Source: a virus (lineage: Duplodnaviria; Caudoviricetes). From it: 64,000 nucleotides of DNA. Of the stretch, positions 8,895 through 17,928 are shown piece after piece. Every line of letters starts with the position of its first letter. The stretch's first letter is position 1. Where the stretch lies: positions 1 through 64,000 of the IMG/VR virus record IMGVR_UViG_2825118518_000002. One strand, given 5' to 3'. A program made the translations under genes and the position numbers. Under the pieces are notes generated by a model. That model was given only the letters and a program-made list of their open reading frames with translations, was not told the origin of the DNA and did not search any database.

Positions 8895-10268
8895 TTAATG
8901 CCGGGTTTCATCGTCATCGTCCGCGCTCTCGCCGAGATTGTCGAACAGGCCTGCAGCTTGTGCTTCTTTCATCGCATCGACGCCATCTCCGAAGTCGTCG
9001 AGGAAGTGCTCAAGCTCTGCCGCCTGCCGGACTCGGATGCGCTCGCACTCAGCGTCAACGAGTTCACGGAGATACCCGCGCAGGAACTGCTTGTCGTCGT
9101 CCGACAGCGGCTGGACGCTCGACCACCCATCGACCTCCTCGCGGACGTAGTTGTCGAGGAATTCCGGCTTCACAACGCTCCCCACCGCGGAGTGTTCGAG
9201 AGCACCGCAGAATTCGAACAACAGCTCGTGCTCGCGACCGGTCCTCGTCTCCAAGTCGGCTTCAATTCTACGGGCGATGAAGCCGCCAAAGCTGTCCTCG
9301 TCGAGCACGTGCATCGTCGCCCGCGGTCGCACAGGATTCATGCCTTTGAGGAACTCGGCTGATGCGGCGGGGTAGTCATCGTCTATCCAGTTGTACGGAT
9401 CCGCCTGAGTTCCATCGTCATCACGCAGGGCGCCGAGAACGTCGACGTGCTTCTTGCAGAGCGTTTTCGCATACCCGCCAAGCCGCAGCCGACCAGGGTT
9501 GCCGCAAATTTCGCAGACCGACAAAGACGTCAGCCGGATTTCTTCACGGAGGCGCTCGACTTCACTACGACAACCGCGCGCGGAGTAATCGCAATCGACG
9601 GACAGAACGAGGCACCCCAACTTCTCCTTGCCGCTGACGATCTTGGCCCTCCACGCCGCCGGATAGGATTCGATGCGGGTAGCTGCGCGCTGGAGAAGCG
9701 CAGCCCAACCGATATCCATCCGGAACTCGGCGTCCTCTGCGATCGCCGCGGGATTCAGGCTGCGAAGATGAGAGAACGTGCTTGCCCGGAGTTCGGCGTG
9801 CGCCGTCTTCAACCGGGGCCACAGTTCCGTCAACACGATATCGCGGAAGAGATCCCAGTCTTCGATGGGGAGGTCACTCTCATTGAGAGCCTTTCCGACT
9901 GCAGCATCAAACTCGAGCTGATCGAAGTCATAGGCCCGCGATGCGGAGTCCATCTTGAAGAGCGCGACAGTCTGCGCGATCAGGATCCGATACCGTGAGC
10001 GCAACTCCCCTTCACGGCGCTCTCGAATGATCTTCTCGACTTCGCTGACGGTTTCATCTCGAAGATACGCGTGATCGTCCGAAGACAGCTCGTGAAGATA
10101 GTCGTATTCGTTGGCCAACGCATGAGCGACCTCGGGCTCATCAAACGTCGATCGCTTGTCGGCGATCCACATGGCGACCTCACGGATGCGATCCATGTAG
10201 GCTCCGCGCAGCCAGTCCTTACGCTTCTGATCAATCACGATGCAAACCTCCGTCCAAGCTTCATCCAT
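8895..10268 (-). CDS. Hypothetical protein with KEKxGxL / CExCG..C..H domain
   Basis: KEKLGCL...SVCEICGNPG...TLCKKH. Confidence 0.75.
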   Translation of the reverse strand: MDEAWTEVCIVIDQKRKDWLRGAYMDRIREVAMWIADKRSTFDEPEVAHALANEYDYLHELSSDDHAYLRDETVSEVEKIIRERREGELRSRYRILIAQTVALFKMDSASRAYDFDQLEFDAAVGKALNESDLPIEDWDLFRDIVLTELWPRLKTAHAELRASTFSHLRSLNPAAIAEDAEFRMDIGWAALLQRAATRIESYPAAWRAKIVSGKEKLGCLVLSVDCDYSARGCRSEVERLREEIRLTSLSVCEICGNPGRLRLGGYAKTLCKKHVDVLGALRDDDGTQADPYNWIDDDYPAASAEFLKGMNPVRPRATMHVLDEDSFGGFIARRIEADLETRTGREHELLFEFCGALEHSAVGSVVKPEFLDNYVREEVDGWSSVQPLSDDDKQFLRGYLRELVDAECERIRVRQAAELEHFLDDFGDGVDAMKEAQAAGLFDNLGESADDDDETRH

Positions 10269-10753
10269 CCTCTATCTGTCAGAGCCATCCGCTTATCCCT
10301 GTTGAGGTACAGAAGCCGGAACCACTCCGTGATGCAGTCCCACGACGGGTGGTAGACGATGCCTGACAGCTGCCACTCAGCCGGACGCGCGCCGCTCTGG
10401 AAAAGCGTCAGCGACCACGGCTGAAGCATGGGTGCGCGGTACATCTCCTCGGCTGTCGGCTCCGTTTCCCGCGATAGCCTGAATTCAGGCGGAGGCATGA
10501 CGTATCCGTCCGGCGATGCAAGTTCGAGCAGGCGCCGACCGATGCGGAATGTGACGCCCGGATACTTCACGATGCACCAGCCGACGCGATAAGCAGTGGT
10601 ACGGTCGGCAACCCAGTCGATCTCGAGCATTCCTTCGAGTTCAGGGCAGCGATTGATTGCTTCACAGATACCCGTTTCGATGTCCATCGCTTCGGGCGTC
10701 AGAGATCCCCATCGGTGGCGCCGGAAAGCCCTCTGTGCGTCGCTCATTCCCAT
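10235..10753 (-). CDS. Hypothetical protein
   Basis: 172-aa ORF overlapping both neighbours in operon. Confidence 0.6.
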   Translation of the reverse strand: MGMSDAQRAFRRHRWGSLTPEAMDIETGICEAINRCPELEGMLEIDWVADRTTAYRVGWCIVKYPGVTFRIGRRLLELASPDGYVMPPPEFRLSRETEPTAEEMYRAPMLQPWSLTLFQSGARPAEWQLSGIVYHPSWDCITEWFRLLYLNRDKRMALTDRGWMKLGRRFAS

Positions 10754-11223
10754 GTCGGTTTCTCCGATTCCACAAAAAGATCGAGTTCAGGATCGTATCG
10801 CCGCCATCCAGCCCCGGACTTAATGAACAGTTCCGCTGGCGGATCCAGCGGCACCGCCATGCGTCCCTCGTAGAGCGCGTGCTCATCGCACGTGGTCGTA
10901 TAGTAGCCCTCGCGATTCCGCAGAACGCCCGGCTGCCCGCACCATTCGCAGACGTGGTAAGAGCGCGCTTCAGCAAGCTCGCGAGCAGCGGCGATGGTCG
11001 CGATGACCTCATCGGGCACGCCCTCGATGTCGTCGTAGAGCCTCAACGTGCCCATTTTTTCTTTGACCTGCCGGATCCGATAGCGACCGTCAGGCGGCAG
11101 GACGTGATCAACGACCGCTAGGAAAGCATCAAGAATATCTGCCCAGCCCCCGCGATGCTCGAACCAGACGTTCGTCAGAAGCCGTGGATATTTCGCTTTC
11201 AGTTCTTCGAGCGTCATCGTCAT
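10744..11223 (-). CDS. KEKxGxL / CExCG family protein
   Basis: GGW..KEKMGTLRLY...CEWCGQPG..TTCDEH. Confidence 0.8.
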   Translation of the reverse strand: MTMTLEELKAKYPRLLTNVWFEHRGGWADILDAFLAVVDHVLPPDGRYRIRQVKEKMGTLRLYDDIEGVPDEVIATIAAARELAEARSYHVCEWCGQPGVLRNREGYYTTTCDEHALYEGRMAVPLDPPAELFIKSGAGWRRYDPELDLFVESEKPTWE

Positions 11224-11708
11224 CTCCACCGTGCCGGCGGCTCGCTCGGAACCATGACATCGGCATCCTCATCGTATCGGTACCAACTGCCCTCCACTTG
11301 TGCGTAGCCGTACATCGGACCCTGAAGCCTAGTGCCCCAGCTCCGCTGATCGGGAGATGCATGCTCGTCGCAGAGACACTGCCACCATGCGTAGCGGCCG
11401 GGCGGCGGGCGGCGGACAAAAGCAGGCTCCCCGCATACCTCGCAAACGTAGCTCGACTTGATCTCCGCCTTCACTTTAGCCAACCGCGCGCCGATAACTG
11501 GGGTGTCGCTCCAAATCCTCAGACAGCCCCACTTCTGTTTCATTTCCATAACTGAGAGGCTCGGATCCAGCGGCAGCGCGGTCGCGATGAATTCTCGGAT
11601 CAGCGGCAACCAGCCGATGCCCACATCGACGTATTTCGCGCTGTCGAAAACGCCCGGGAAGTCGCTCTGCAGGTCGTCGAGTTTCAGGCGCGGGATCTCG
11701 TTAGGCAT
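11220..11708 (-). CDS. KEKxGxL / CExCG family protein
   Basis: GIGW..KQKWGCLRIW...CEVCGEP..CLCDEH; start MPNEIPR after AGGAG. Confidence 0.8.
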   Translation of the reverse strand: MPNEIPRLKLDDLQSDFPGVFDSAKYVDVGIGWLPLIREFIATALPLDPSLSVMEMKQKWGCLRIWSDTPVIGARLAKVKAEIKSSYVCEVCGEPAFVRRPPPGRYAWWQCLCDEHASPDQRSWGTRLQGPMYGYAQVEGSWYRYDEDADVMVPSEPPARWR

Positions 11709-12000
11709 CACAGGACTCCTTTTCGCATTCGTCGCACGTGACGACACGACGGTCGGCACGATCACGGCCGGAGCCGGATCCACAGCACATACAGGTCGAC
11801 AAGCTTTTGGTGACGTAGCCCTGGATGCGACGATCCAAGATCTGGCGCCCGGTCGGCGCGAGGGCACTGTCGTCGACTCGAACGTGAAGCCAGCCGCGAT
11901 CTGCCGACATCTCCGAAACCGTGACAGTGGGATACGCAAGCTGAAGCATCACACGGAGTTCGGTGACCAGGTCGAGCCAGCCAACAGGAATCTTGCTCAT
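11701..12000 (-). CDS. Degenerate member of the same family
   Basis: PVGW..SADRGWLHV...CMCCG..TCDEC. Confidence 0.7.
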   Translation of the reverse strand: MSKIPVGWLDLVTELRVMLQLAYPTVTVSEMSADRGWLHVRVDDSALAPTGRQILDRRIQGYVTKSLSTCMCCGSGSGRDRADRRVVTCDECEKESCDA

Positions 12001-12533
12001 GCCATACCTCTCGTGAGTTCTCGGAAAGTTCGGGGAGTGAAATCAACATCTGGAAGGTCGACGCCGACATCTCGACTGCGGCCGACGCCCGGCAGGTTTC
12101 CGTGAGAGTGACCGTAGAAGTGCCAACCGCCCTTCCGCTCCCACTGCCATGACCGCTGCGCGTAGTGAGCGAGGACGAGCTTCTGGCCCTCGTCTTCAGC
12201 AAAGAGAAAGCCTTCGGGGCGTTTGTCCCACGGGAGATCCGCGATGGTTGGGTGGAGTTCTCCGTGCCTCAGATCATGATTACCGATGCAGAGGCGCTTG
12301 CGGCCGTTCAGACGGCCGAAGATCCACCGGACTCGGTCAGCGCGCTCGCTGAGACTGAAGGCGAAATCCCCGAGATGGTAGACAATATCGTCGATGCCGA
12401 CGACTGAGTTCCAGCGCGCGACCATGGCTTCATCGTGCTCCTCGATCGTGGAGAACGACCGCGGCTGCATGGAGAGGATGTTGTTGTGACAGAAGTGGGT
12501 GTCGGCGACGTAGAATTTCTTCGTGAAGGACAT
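11997..12533 (-). CDS. Calcineurin-like metallophosphoesterase
   Basis: ADTH, LGDF, GNHD, AHY, GHSH motifs. Confidence 0.9.
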   Translation of the reverse strand: MSFTKKFYVADTHFCHNNILSMQPRSFSTIEEHDEAMVARWNSVVGIDDIVYHLGDFAFSLSERADRVRWIFGRLNGRKRLCIGNHDLRHGELHPTIADLPWDKRPEGFLFAEDEGQKLVLAHYAQRSWQWERKGGWHFYGHSHGNLPGVGRSRDVGVDLPDVDFTPRTFRELTRGMA

Positions 12534-12839
12534 TCGAGGACTCCTAGAATAGATAAACGAGAGCGGCTCCGCGGGGTGCGGTCAGGCTATCGGGGCTATT
12601 CGGAGTGCCTTCGTCATTGATGTTGTCCTTTGTTCTCGGCTCTACTTAGCAGGACCCGGAGTGGTTGTGAGCCCGTCCCAGACAACTTATTCCAGGGAGA
12701 GTTAAAAATCCACGATCGGATAGCGGATAGGTCCGTGCAGTGGGAATCGCTTATATTGAAAACAATATTAAATCGGCCGGATATATCGTTCTCAATATCG
12801 AGGAATGAGAAAAGGGATCTCACCGGATCCCTACTGCTG

Positions 12840-13427
12840 TCATGCACGGTAGGTTGTGACCGTGTATCCCGACTTCACGCGAGCGGCCAGCCGCGCTCGC
12901 TCGGCTATGGCACGCTGTTTGTCTTCCTCACCGCGCTTCATCTGGCGCGCCTTATCAAGGACACGATACTCGGCTCGTGCCTTCGCAATTTCCTCAGGCC
13001 CGTATCCAGCCAACGCTCCTCGGTCGGCGATGAATTCCGCGGCATCGTATGGGGTCATCAGACTATAAGTCATATGGAGCTCGTCCGGGCGCATCCGAAG
13101 CCACTCGTACGGCAGATCGCGGGTATCCTTGCCCGAAGGACAATCGTCGACGACCCGGCTGATCCGAGTGTTCAGGACTGCCACGGCAGATTCGAACTCG
13201 GCCTTCTCCATGCGAAGGATTCGCTTTGCGATGTGAACGGCATCGCGAAAGAAACCAGGAGCCGCGCTCGTGCAGAGCTCGTCGGGCGTCGCTAGGCCTT
13301 CGATCGCAGACCGTGTCCATTCGACTAGCTGTTGGAAACGCGCTCGATGGGCATATTGATCGCGATCGCTCTCTTCGGCGAGAGCAAGAAGATTGGCTCG
13401 TAGGGTGGCTTTGGGTAGGTTTTTCAT
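12840..13427 (-). CDS. Hypothetical protein
   Basis: 195-aa helical ORF, ATGA-coupled to rep. Confidence 0.7.
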   Translation of the reverse strand: MKNLPKATLRANLLALAEESDRDQYAHRARFQQLVEWTRSAIEGLATPDELCTSAAPGFFRDAVHIAKRILRMEKAEFESAVAVLNTRISRVVDDCPSGKDTRDLPYEWLRMRPDELHMTYSLMTPYDAAEFIADRGALAGYGPEEIAKARAEYRVLDKARQMKRGEEDKQRAIAERARLAARVKSGYTVTTYRA

Positions 13428-14815
13428 TTCAGGAACTCCACTGTTTCGATGATGTCGTCAAAGTCGCGCACGAATAGCGCGATGTCTGTTTGAGTTGCCG
13501 CAACTTCGAAGTCGCGATGGCCGCCGAACCATTGCAGTCGCAGCGTCTTCGTTTTCGCCGCCGTCCATCGGAAAGACCCCACTGCAGGCGCGAACACGCT
13601 TTCGACCTCAGCGGCATCGCTTCCGCCAGCAAGACCGAAAAGGATCCTGCTTGCTGTATCGAACGCGATGTCCTCGTCGGTGGGCGTCCACTCTTCTTTC
13701 TGAATCCAGGTCTCAAAGGCTTCGGACTGACTGCCGTTTTCCAGGTCGTGGATGACGGCGGCGTCGCCTTCGGTGATGGCGTTCGTCCAGCTGATCGCAA
13801 TTTCGGTCGCGGTCTTGCCGAGGCGAGTTGCTGCACGACGTAGAGCGTCTTCGCCCGGCATGTGTTGGTCATCGACCATCGCCTTCGCTGCGATGTTGCG
13901 CACCAGGCCACGGTCTTTCTTCGTCAGGACTGACTTCTCGTACTCGTCTGCAGTTTTTACCGAGCTTCCGACCACGATCTTGATAGCGGTTACAGGACGA
14001 CCGCGCGTATCGGCTCGGTCGTAAGACCACGAGATCGAAAAGCGCCGGACATGACGCTGGATATCGTTCAGTACTGGCAACAGAACGCGAGCTTCGAAGT
14101 TCGAAAATTTGAACTCACCGCTCGTCCGGCACCCCAGTTCTTCCGCAAGCTCTTCCGGAGTCCAAACCATAGCCGGGCGCATATCGCGACCTGCCATCAG
14201 CGCGAGCTTTTCATAGAGCCGCCAAGTGTACTTCGAAGAGAATTTTGGGAAGGCGCCCAGTTCAAGGTGAGTATATGCGCCGTAGCCGAGGATCACCTTC
14301 CGGACGGATGGATGCAGTGAAAAGACTATCGAGCGCACGCCTGTCGGAGAGACATCTTCTTCGAATTGGATGAGCTGCACCCGACGTCCGATCCGTCTGG
14401 ACCCGTCTTCTGTAGACAAGAAGTCGTAGGACACCCAGACCTTGGCTAGGGCATCGACTTGCTCCAGGAGTCGAGATGTCTTCTCGATCTTGAGATAGGC
14501 CTTAGCATCAGCGAAGCTCACTTGGTGCTCAGTGTTGTCCTTCATCGACAGCCGGGCCGAAGCCATGAGAAACTGGTAGAGAGCGGCAACGGACGCCGTC
14601 ATCGCCTCGGCTGGCGTATTACCTTCGCGTTCACCGTAGTATCGGACAGAGTTGATGAGCACGGCCGGACGCTCCAGCGTGGGCTCCCTGTCGATGGAAG
14701 GACGGCCGTCTTCCAAGTCTTCATTGTGATCGATGACGAGCCGCAGATCGCCTCGGATTCCGCGTCTATCGGATCCAGCAATGTGTCGTCTTGTTGCGTA
14801 ATGTTGTGCGTCCAT
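13424..14815 (-). CDS. Rep_3-type plasmid replication initiator
   Basis: YTHLEL..FSSKYTWRLYEKL, EELAEELG, KFSNFEARVL, GRPVTAI motifs of RepB/RepE winged-helix initiators. Confidence 0.85.
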   Translation of the reverse strand: MDAQHYATRRHIAGSDRRGIRGDLRLVIDHNEDLEDGRPSIDREPTLERPAVLINSVRYYGEREGNTPAEAMTASVAALYQFLMASARLSMKDNTEHQVSFADAKAYLKIEKTSRLLEQVDALAKVWVSYDFLSTEDGSRRIGRRVQLIQFEEDVSPTGVRSIVFSLHPSVRKVILGYGAYTHLELGAFPKFSSKYTWRLYEKLALMAGRDMRPAMVWTPEELAEELGCRTSGEFKFSNFEARVLLPVLNDIQRHVRRFSISWSYDRADTRGRPVTAIKIVVGSSVKTADEYEKSVLTKKDRGLVRNIAAKAMVDDQHMPGEDALRRAATRLGKTATEIAISWTNAITEGDAAVIHDLENGSQSEAFETWIQKEEWTPTDEDIAFDTASRILFGLAGGSDAAEVESVFAPAVGSFRWTAAKTKTLRLQWFGGHRDFEVAATQTDIALFVRDFDDIIETVEFLK

Positions 14816-14884
14816 GCCAACCTCCATAAGATTATGGTCATCGCCGGCGGAGCGCGAAGCAAGTGTTTAAGATGCATATCGGCA

Positions 14885-14952
14885 AAAATGTAGCTGAGAC
14901 GGTCAAAGTGTAGCTGAGACAGACCTCGAAGCGGCCAAAGTGTAGCCAAAAC
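14885..14952 (+). repeat. Iterons / replication origin
   Basis: AAARTGTAGCTGAGAC at 14885 and 14905, AAAGTGTAGCCAAAAC at 14937, upstream of rep and followed by an AT-rich tract. Confidence 0.75.
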
Positions 14953-15249
14953 ACGTTGACACGGTGAAGCGGTAGAGGTGTTTTTCTTTGTCAACTCTCG
15001 GGAATCCGAAAAGAATTTTTGGATACCTGAACTGGGGCTGGATTTGATCCTTAGCGGATCGGGGTACGCTCCGCCCCGCTACGCTCTATGAGGCGCCTCA
15101 CCCGCTCGTCCTCCCTCCCCGTTCCTTCCGTGGCAACGCCGCCGGCGGCCTTCATCGGCGTTAGTCGCTTGCAAGCCGTCGCGTGAATATCTCACGTAGT
15201 GACGTGACGGCCGTATGCCCGAGCGTCTCGTAGTGACGGGAGGAAGACC

Positions 15250-15588
15250 ATGCCGAGACCGAAGAGCACTGTTCCACGGCTGGTGCGCAAGGCTGAGCGA
15301 CAGGCCAAGTACCGCGCGCGTCTGCAGGAAGCAGGGCGGCCGGAGGCGTCTCAGGTCGACGTCGCGGTGGCTGCGGCGACAGCGAAGGCGGTTCGGTGGC
15401 TAGTTGCCGGACTGAAGGACGGGAAAATCGGCGAACGGGACGCCCGTCGCTCCCTGCTGGATAACATTGTCGCCGATTCCGCGAGGATCCTGATCGATTC
15501 CGGGTGCTCGGCCGACGAGGCTTCGGCGAAGCTGAGGTCTCGTCTGCGCTCGGCTGGAAAGCCCCGTTTTCCCCCCATTACTCCGTAA
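15250..15588 (+). CDS. Hypothetical basic protein
   Basis: RBS GGAGG; divergent from rep. Confidence 0.7.
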   Translation: MPRPKSTVPRLVRKAERQAKYRARLQEAGRPEASQVDVAVAAATAKAVRWLVAGLKDGKIGERDARRSLLDNIVADSARILIDSGCSADEASAKLRSRLRSAGKPRFPPITP

Positions 15589-15620
15589 GCGAGAATCGTT
15601 TTTCCAGGAGGCACATAGTG

Positions 15621-15926
15621 ATGCGCCATGCTTCAATCTTCCTACCGATCTTCAGACCGCAGTTCAGGCCTCGTCCAGATCCACGGGCGGATAAACTCCG
15701 GGAAGCGCTGAGCGTTCTCGAAGCTGTCGCAGCGGAAGACGCTGACTACGCGAAGAACCGCAATGGTCGGGGGTTTTCCAAGGCGGACTCGGCGAAGGGC
15801 CATGCCCTGGCAAGCGTCTCCCTGTCGTCCGCCTTGCAGGACCGTGCGCTCTCATCCGCGGTGCTCGCGATGGCAGCGCGATATCGCCGACAAGCTTCGC
15901 GCATCGCCCAAGGCAATTTGATCTGA
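15621..15926 (+). CDS. Hypothetical protein
   Basis: RBS AGGAGG; DYA..RNGRGFSKADS motif. Confidence 0.7.
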   Translation: MRHASIFLPIFRPQFRPRPDPRADKLREALSVLEAVAAEDADYAKNRNGRGFSKADSAKGHALASVSLSSALQDRALSSAVLAMAARYRRQASRIAQGNLI

Positions 15927-16040
15927 TTTCTGGCACGTCATCTCAAGTTGCGTAAATCCGATTCAGTTCGCCGCGGTCGCCGGCGATTGAATCTTTCACT
16001 GTGTTGGATCGATCATGGATCAAGTATCCGGAGATCCAGG

Positions 16041-16661
16041 ATGGCAGAGAAGTCGGCCGACATTCACACACTCGCCCCGCGACTGAGCTACGTCGAGGAT
16101 CTTGCCGCGTGGCTGAAGGACAACCGTGGCGGCGGGAGCGATCCGTCGGAGCTGCTCAAAAAGCTTTACCGTCAGCTCGTATGGGGAGCTGAAGACGGTG
16201 CGCTCAATCCCGACGTATGGAATTACGACACAGTTTACACAGATCCCGTCGGCGAAAAATCGATGCACATGACCCTGTTCGGGATGGGATCGGCAAATGC
16301 CGAGGCTTGCCAGTGGAATGCAAAAGGCCTGTACGGCTGGGTATTCGCTGACGGCGAGACGCGTTGGTCGACGGATGGAGGTTCATACAATCTATCGTCA
16401 GACGTCTTCGGCGCCCGGCTTGGCGCGGGAAACACGTTCCTCGAAAACCTCCGATCGAAGAATCTGTCCCTTGTGAAAGCGATTTTCGGCGACGTATCGA
16501 CGATCGGTCCTAATCGGCCTGATTCAGTGATGGGACGCATCGAACAGATCGAGACGTCCATCGAAGATCTGGCCTCGAACTTCGAAGGCGTTGTAGCCGA
16601 TCTGCAGAACCAGATTGACGCGGTGAACGAGCGTATCGATCACCTCATCGAAAGCTCGTGA
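16041..16661 (+). CDS. Hypothetical protein, C-terminal coiled coil
   Basis: RBS GGAG; heptad-like C-terminus. Confidence 0.7.
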   Translation: MAEKSADIHTLAPRLSYVEDLAAWLKDNRGGGSDPSELLKKLYRQLVWGAEDGALNPDVWNYDTVYTDPVGEKSMHMTLFGMGSANAEACQWNAKGLYGWVFADGETRWSTDGGSYNLSSDVFGARLGAGNTFLENLRSKNLSLVKAIFGDVSTIGPNRPDSVMGRIEQIETSIEDLASNFEGVVADLQNQIDAVNERIDHLIESS

Positions 16662-16957
16662 TCATGACGAATCTCTCCCCCCGCGAAGTGATCCTTGCTT
16701 ACCTCGGCTACGAATTCGTTCCGTCCGAGACCCTGCGCGCGGCTGTTGCTCAGCTCGTCTGCGCTTACGATTCTATCGTCGACCTTGCTTCCGACGCCGC
16801 GGACGATCCGCACTCCAAGACCATCATCAACGCGCTGGCATCCGAGCTACTGATGCAGCAGACGCTTCTTGAGGACTACCTGGTACTCGACGCGGCGGCG
16901 ACCGCTCTGCCGGATCTCGTCCGCAGCCGCCGGACGGCAGCAAGGAGCACGACATGA
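16658..16957 (+). CDS. Hypothetical protein
   Basis: GTGA overlap with upstream gene. Confidence 0.6.
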   Translation: MIMTNLSPREVILAYLGYEFVPSETLRAAVAQLVCAYDSIVDLASDAADDPHSKTIINALASELLMQQTLLEDYLVLDAAATALPDLVRSRRTAARSTT

Positions 16958-17088
16958 ATCCACTTGCGCCCCGAGTCGCCGACGCACACCATTCTCATAC
17001 CCGCGGAATTCTCTCTTCGGTTTCTTTCCAACTCGGCCCCGTGCTGCGCACCGTCCCGCGCGCCGGGGTTTTCTTTTGAGGGAATGTG

Positions 17089-17847
17089 ATGGCCAAGGAT
17101 GGATTCAGCGTAGAATTCGACACCAAGTCCTTCGCGCGCTCGCTGACGAAGCTCGAGAAGCAAGTGCTGCCCCAGGCGCAGGCTGGATTTTTGAATGGAC
17201 TTGCGTTCCGCGCTCGCAAGGATTTGCTGTCCTATGCAAACCGAACGATCGAGGGCGGCCCGACGCCATGGACGAAACGCGGGTTCGTGGTCGACAAGGC
17301 CGACACAGGTAGATCAAGTGCCGCTGTTGTGCGTATCCAAGATCAGCAGGCTGGGTACATGAACTATCTCGTCAACGGCGGGAAGCGAAGGAAGGGAGAT
17401 CCCGGAGCTACCCCGTACGACGTCCTTACCGACGCGCCTGACGGCGAGAAAAACGCGTTCGGCAATTTGAAGCGTGGCTACCTGAAGCGACTTGCGCGAC
17501 AGGCCAAGAGCGAGAAGACGAAACGCGCCAGACTGCATGCCAAGCGCGCCAAGCTCCGCGCTGCGGGGAAATCGACCGATCCAGCTCGCTGGGCGACAAA
17601 CAATCCGAGCGGAAATCCAGGAATCTTTTTCGGCACAGTTGGCGGCCACAAGGGATACTGGCAACGCGCTGCCAAGCGCGACGGCGACTACAGGCTGATA
17701 CTGCTCGCTCGCCTGTCCGAAGAAGCCGACTACAAGCCGACGTTCCAGTGGAACGCAACGGTCAACGCTTCAGTCCGAGAGCAGGATCCACAACAGCTCT
17801 ATGCCGCCGAACTCGCCCGCGCTCTCCGAAAACTCAACGGCGCTTGA
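17089..17847 (+). CDS. Phage neck/tail-completion-like protein (lambda gpZ-like)
   Basis: Basic; LNGLAFRAR..TPWTKRGF..KA..AVVRI..GGKR pattern. Confidence 0.55.
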   Translation: MAKDGFSVEFDTKSFARSLTKLEKQVLPQAQAGFLNGLAFRARKDLLSYANRTIEGGPTPWTKRGFVVDKADTGRSSAAVVRIQDQQAGYMNYLVNGGKRRKGDPGATPYDVLTDAPDGEKNAFGNLKRGYLKRLARQAKSEKTKRARLHAKRAKLRAAGKSTDPARWATNNPSGNPGIFFGTVGGHKGYWQRAAKRDGDYRLILLARLSEEADYKPTFQWNATVNASVREQDPQQLYAAELARALRKLNGA

Positions 17848-17928
17848 TCTGCCGGCGGCGTTTACTGGAGCTCAACGGTCCCGCAGTATGGATGCATGGA
17901 TGCGGAGATATCCGTGAGGTTCGTGGTC

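Noticed and set aside
12614-12847. 77-aa ORF in an AT-rich patch
   Set aside because: Atypical composition and no recognisable motif; not supportable as a gene
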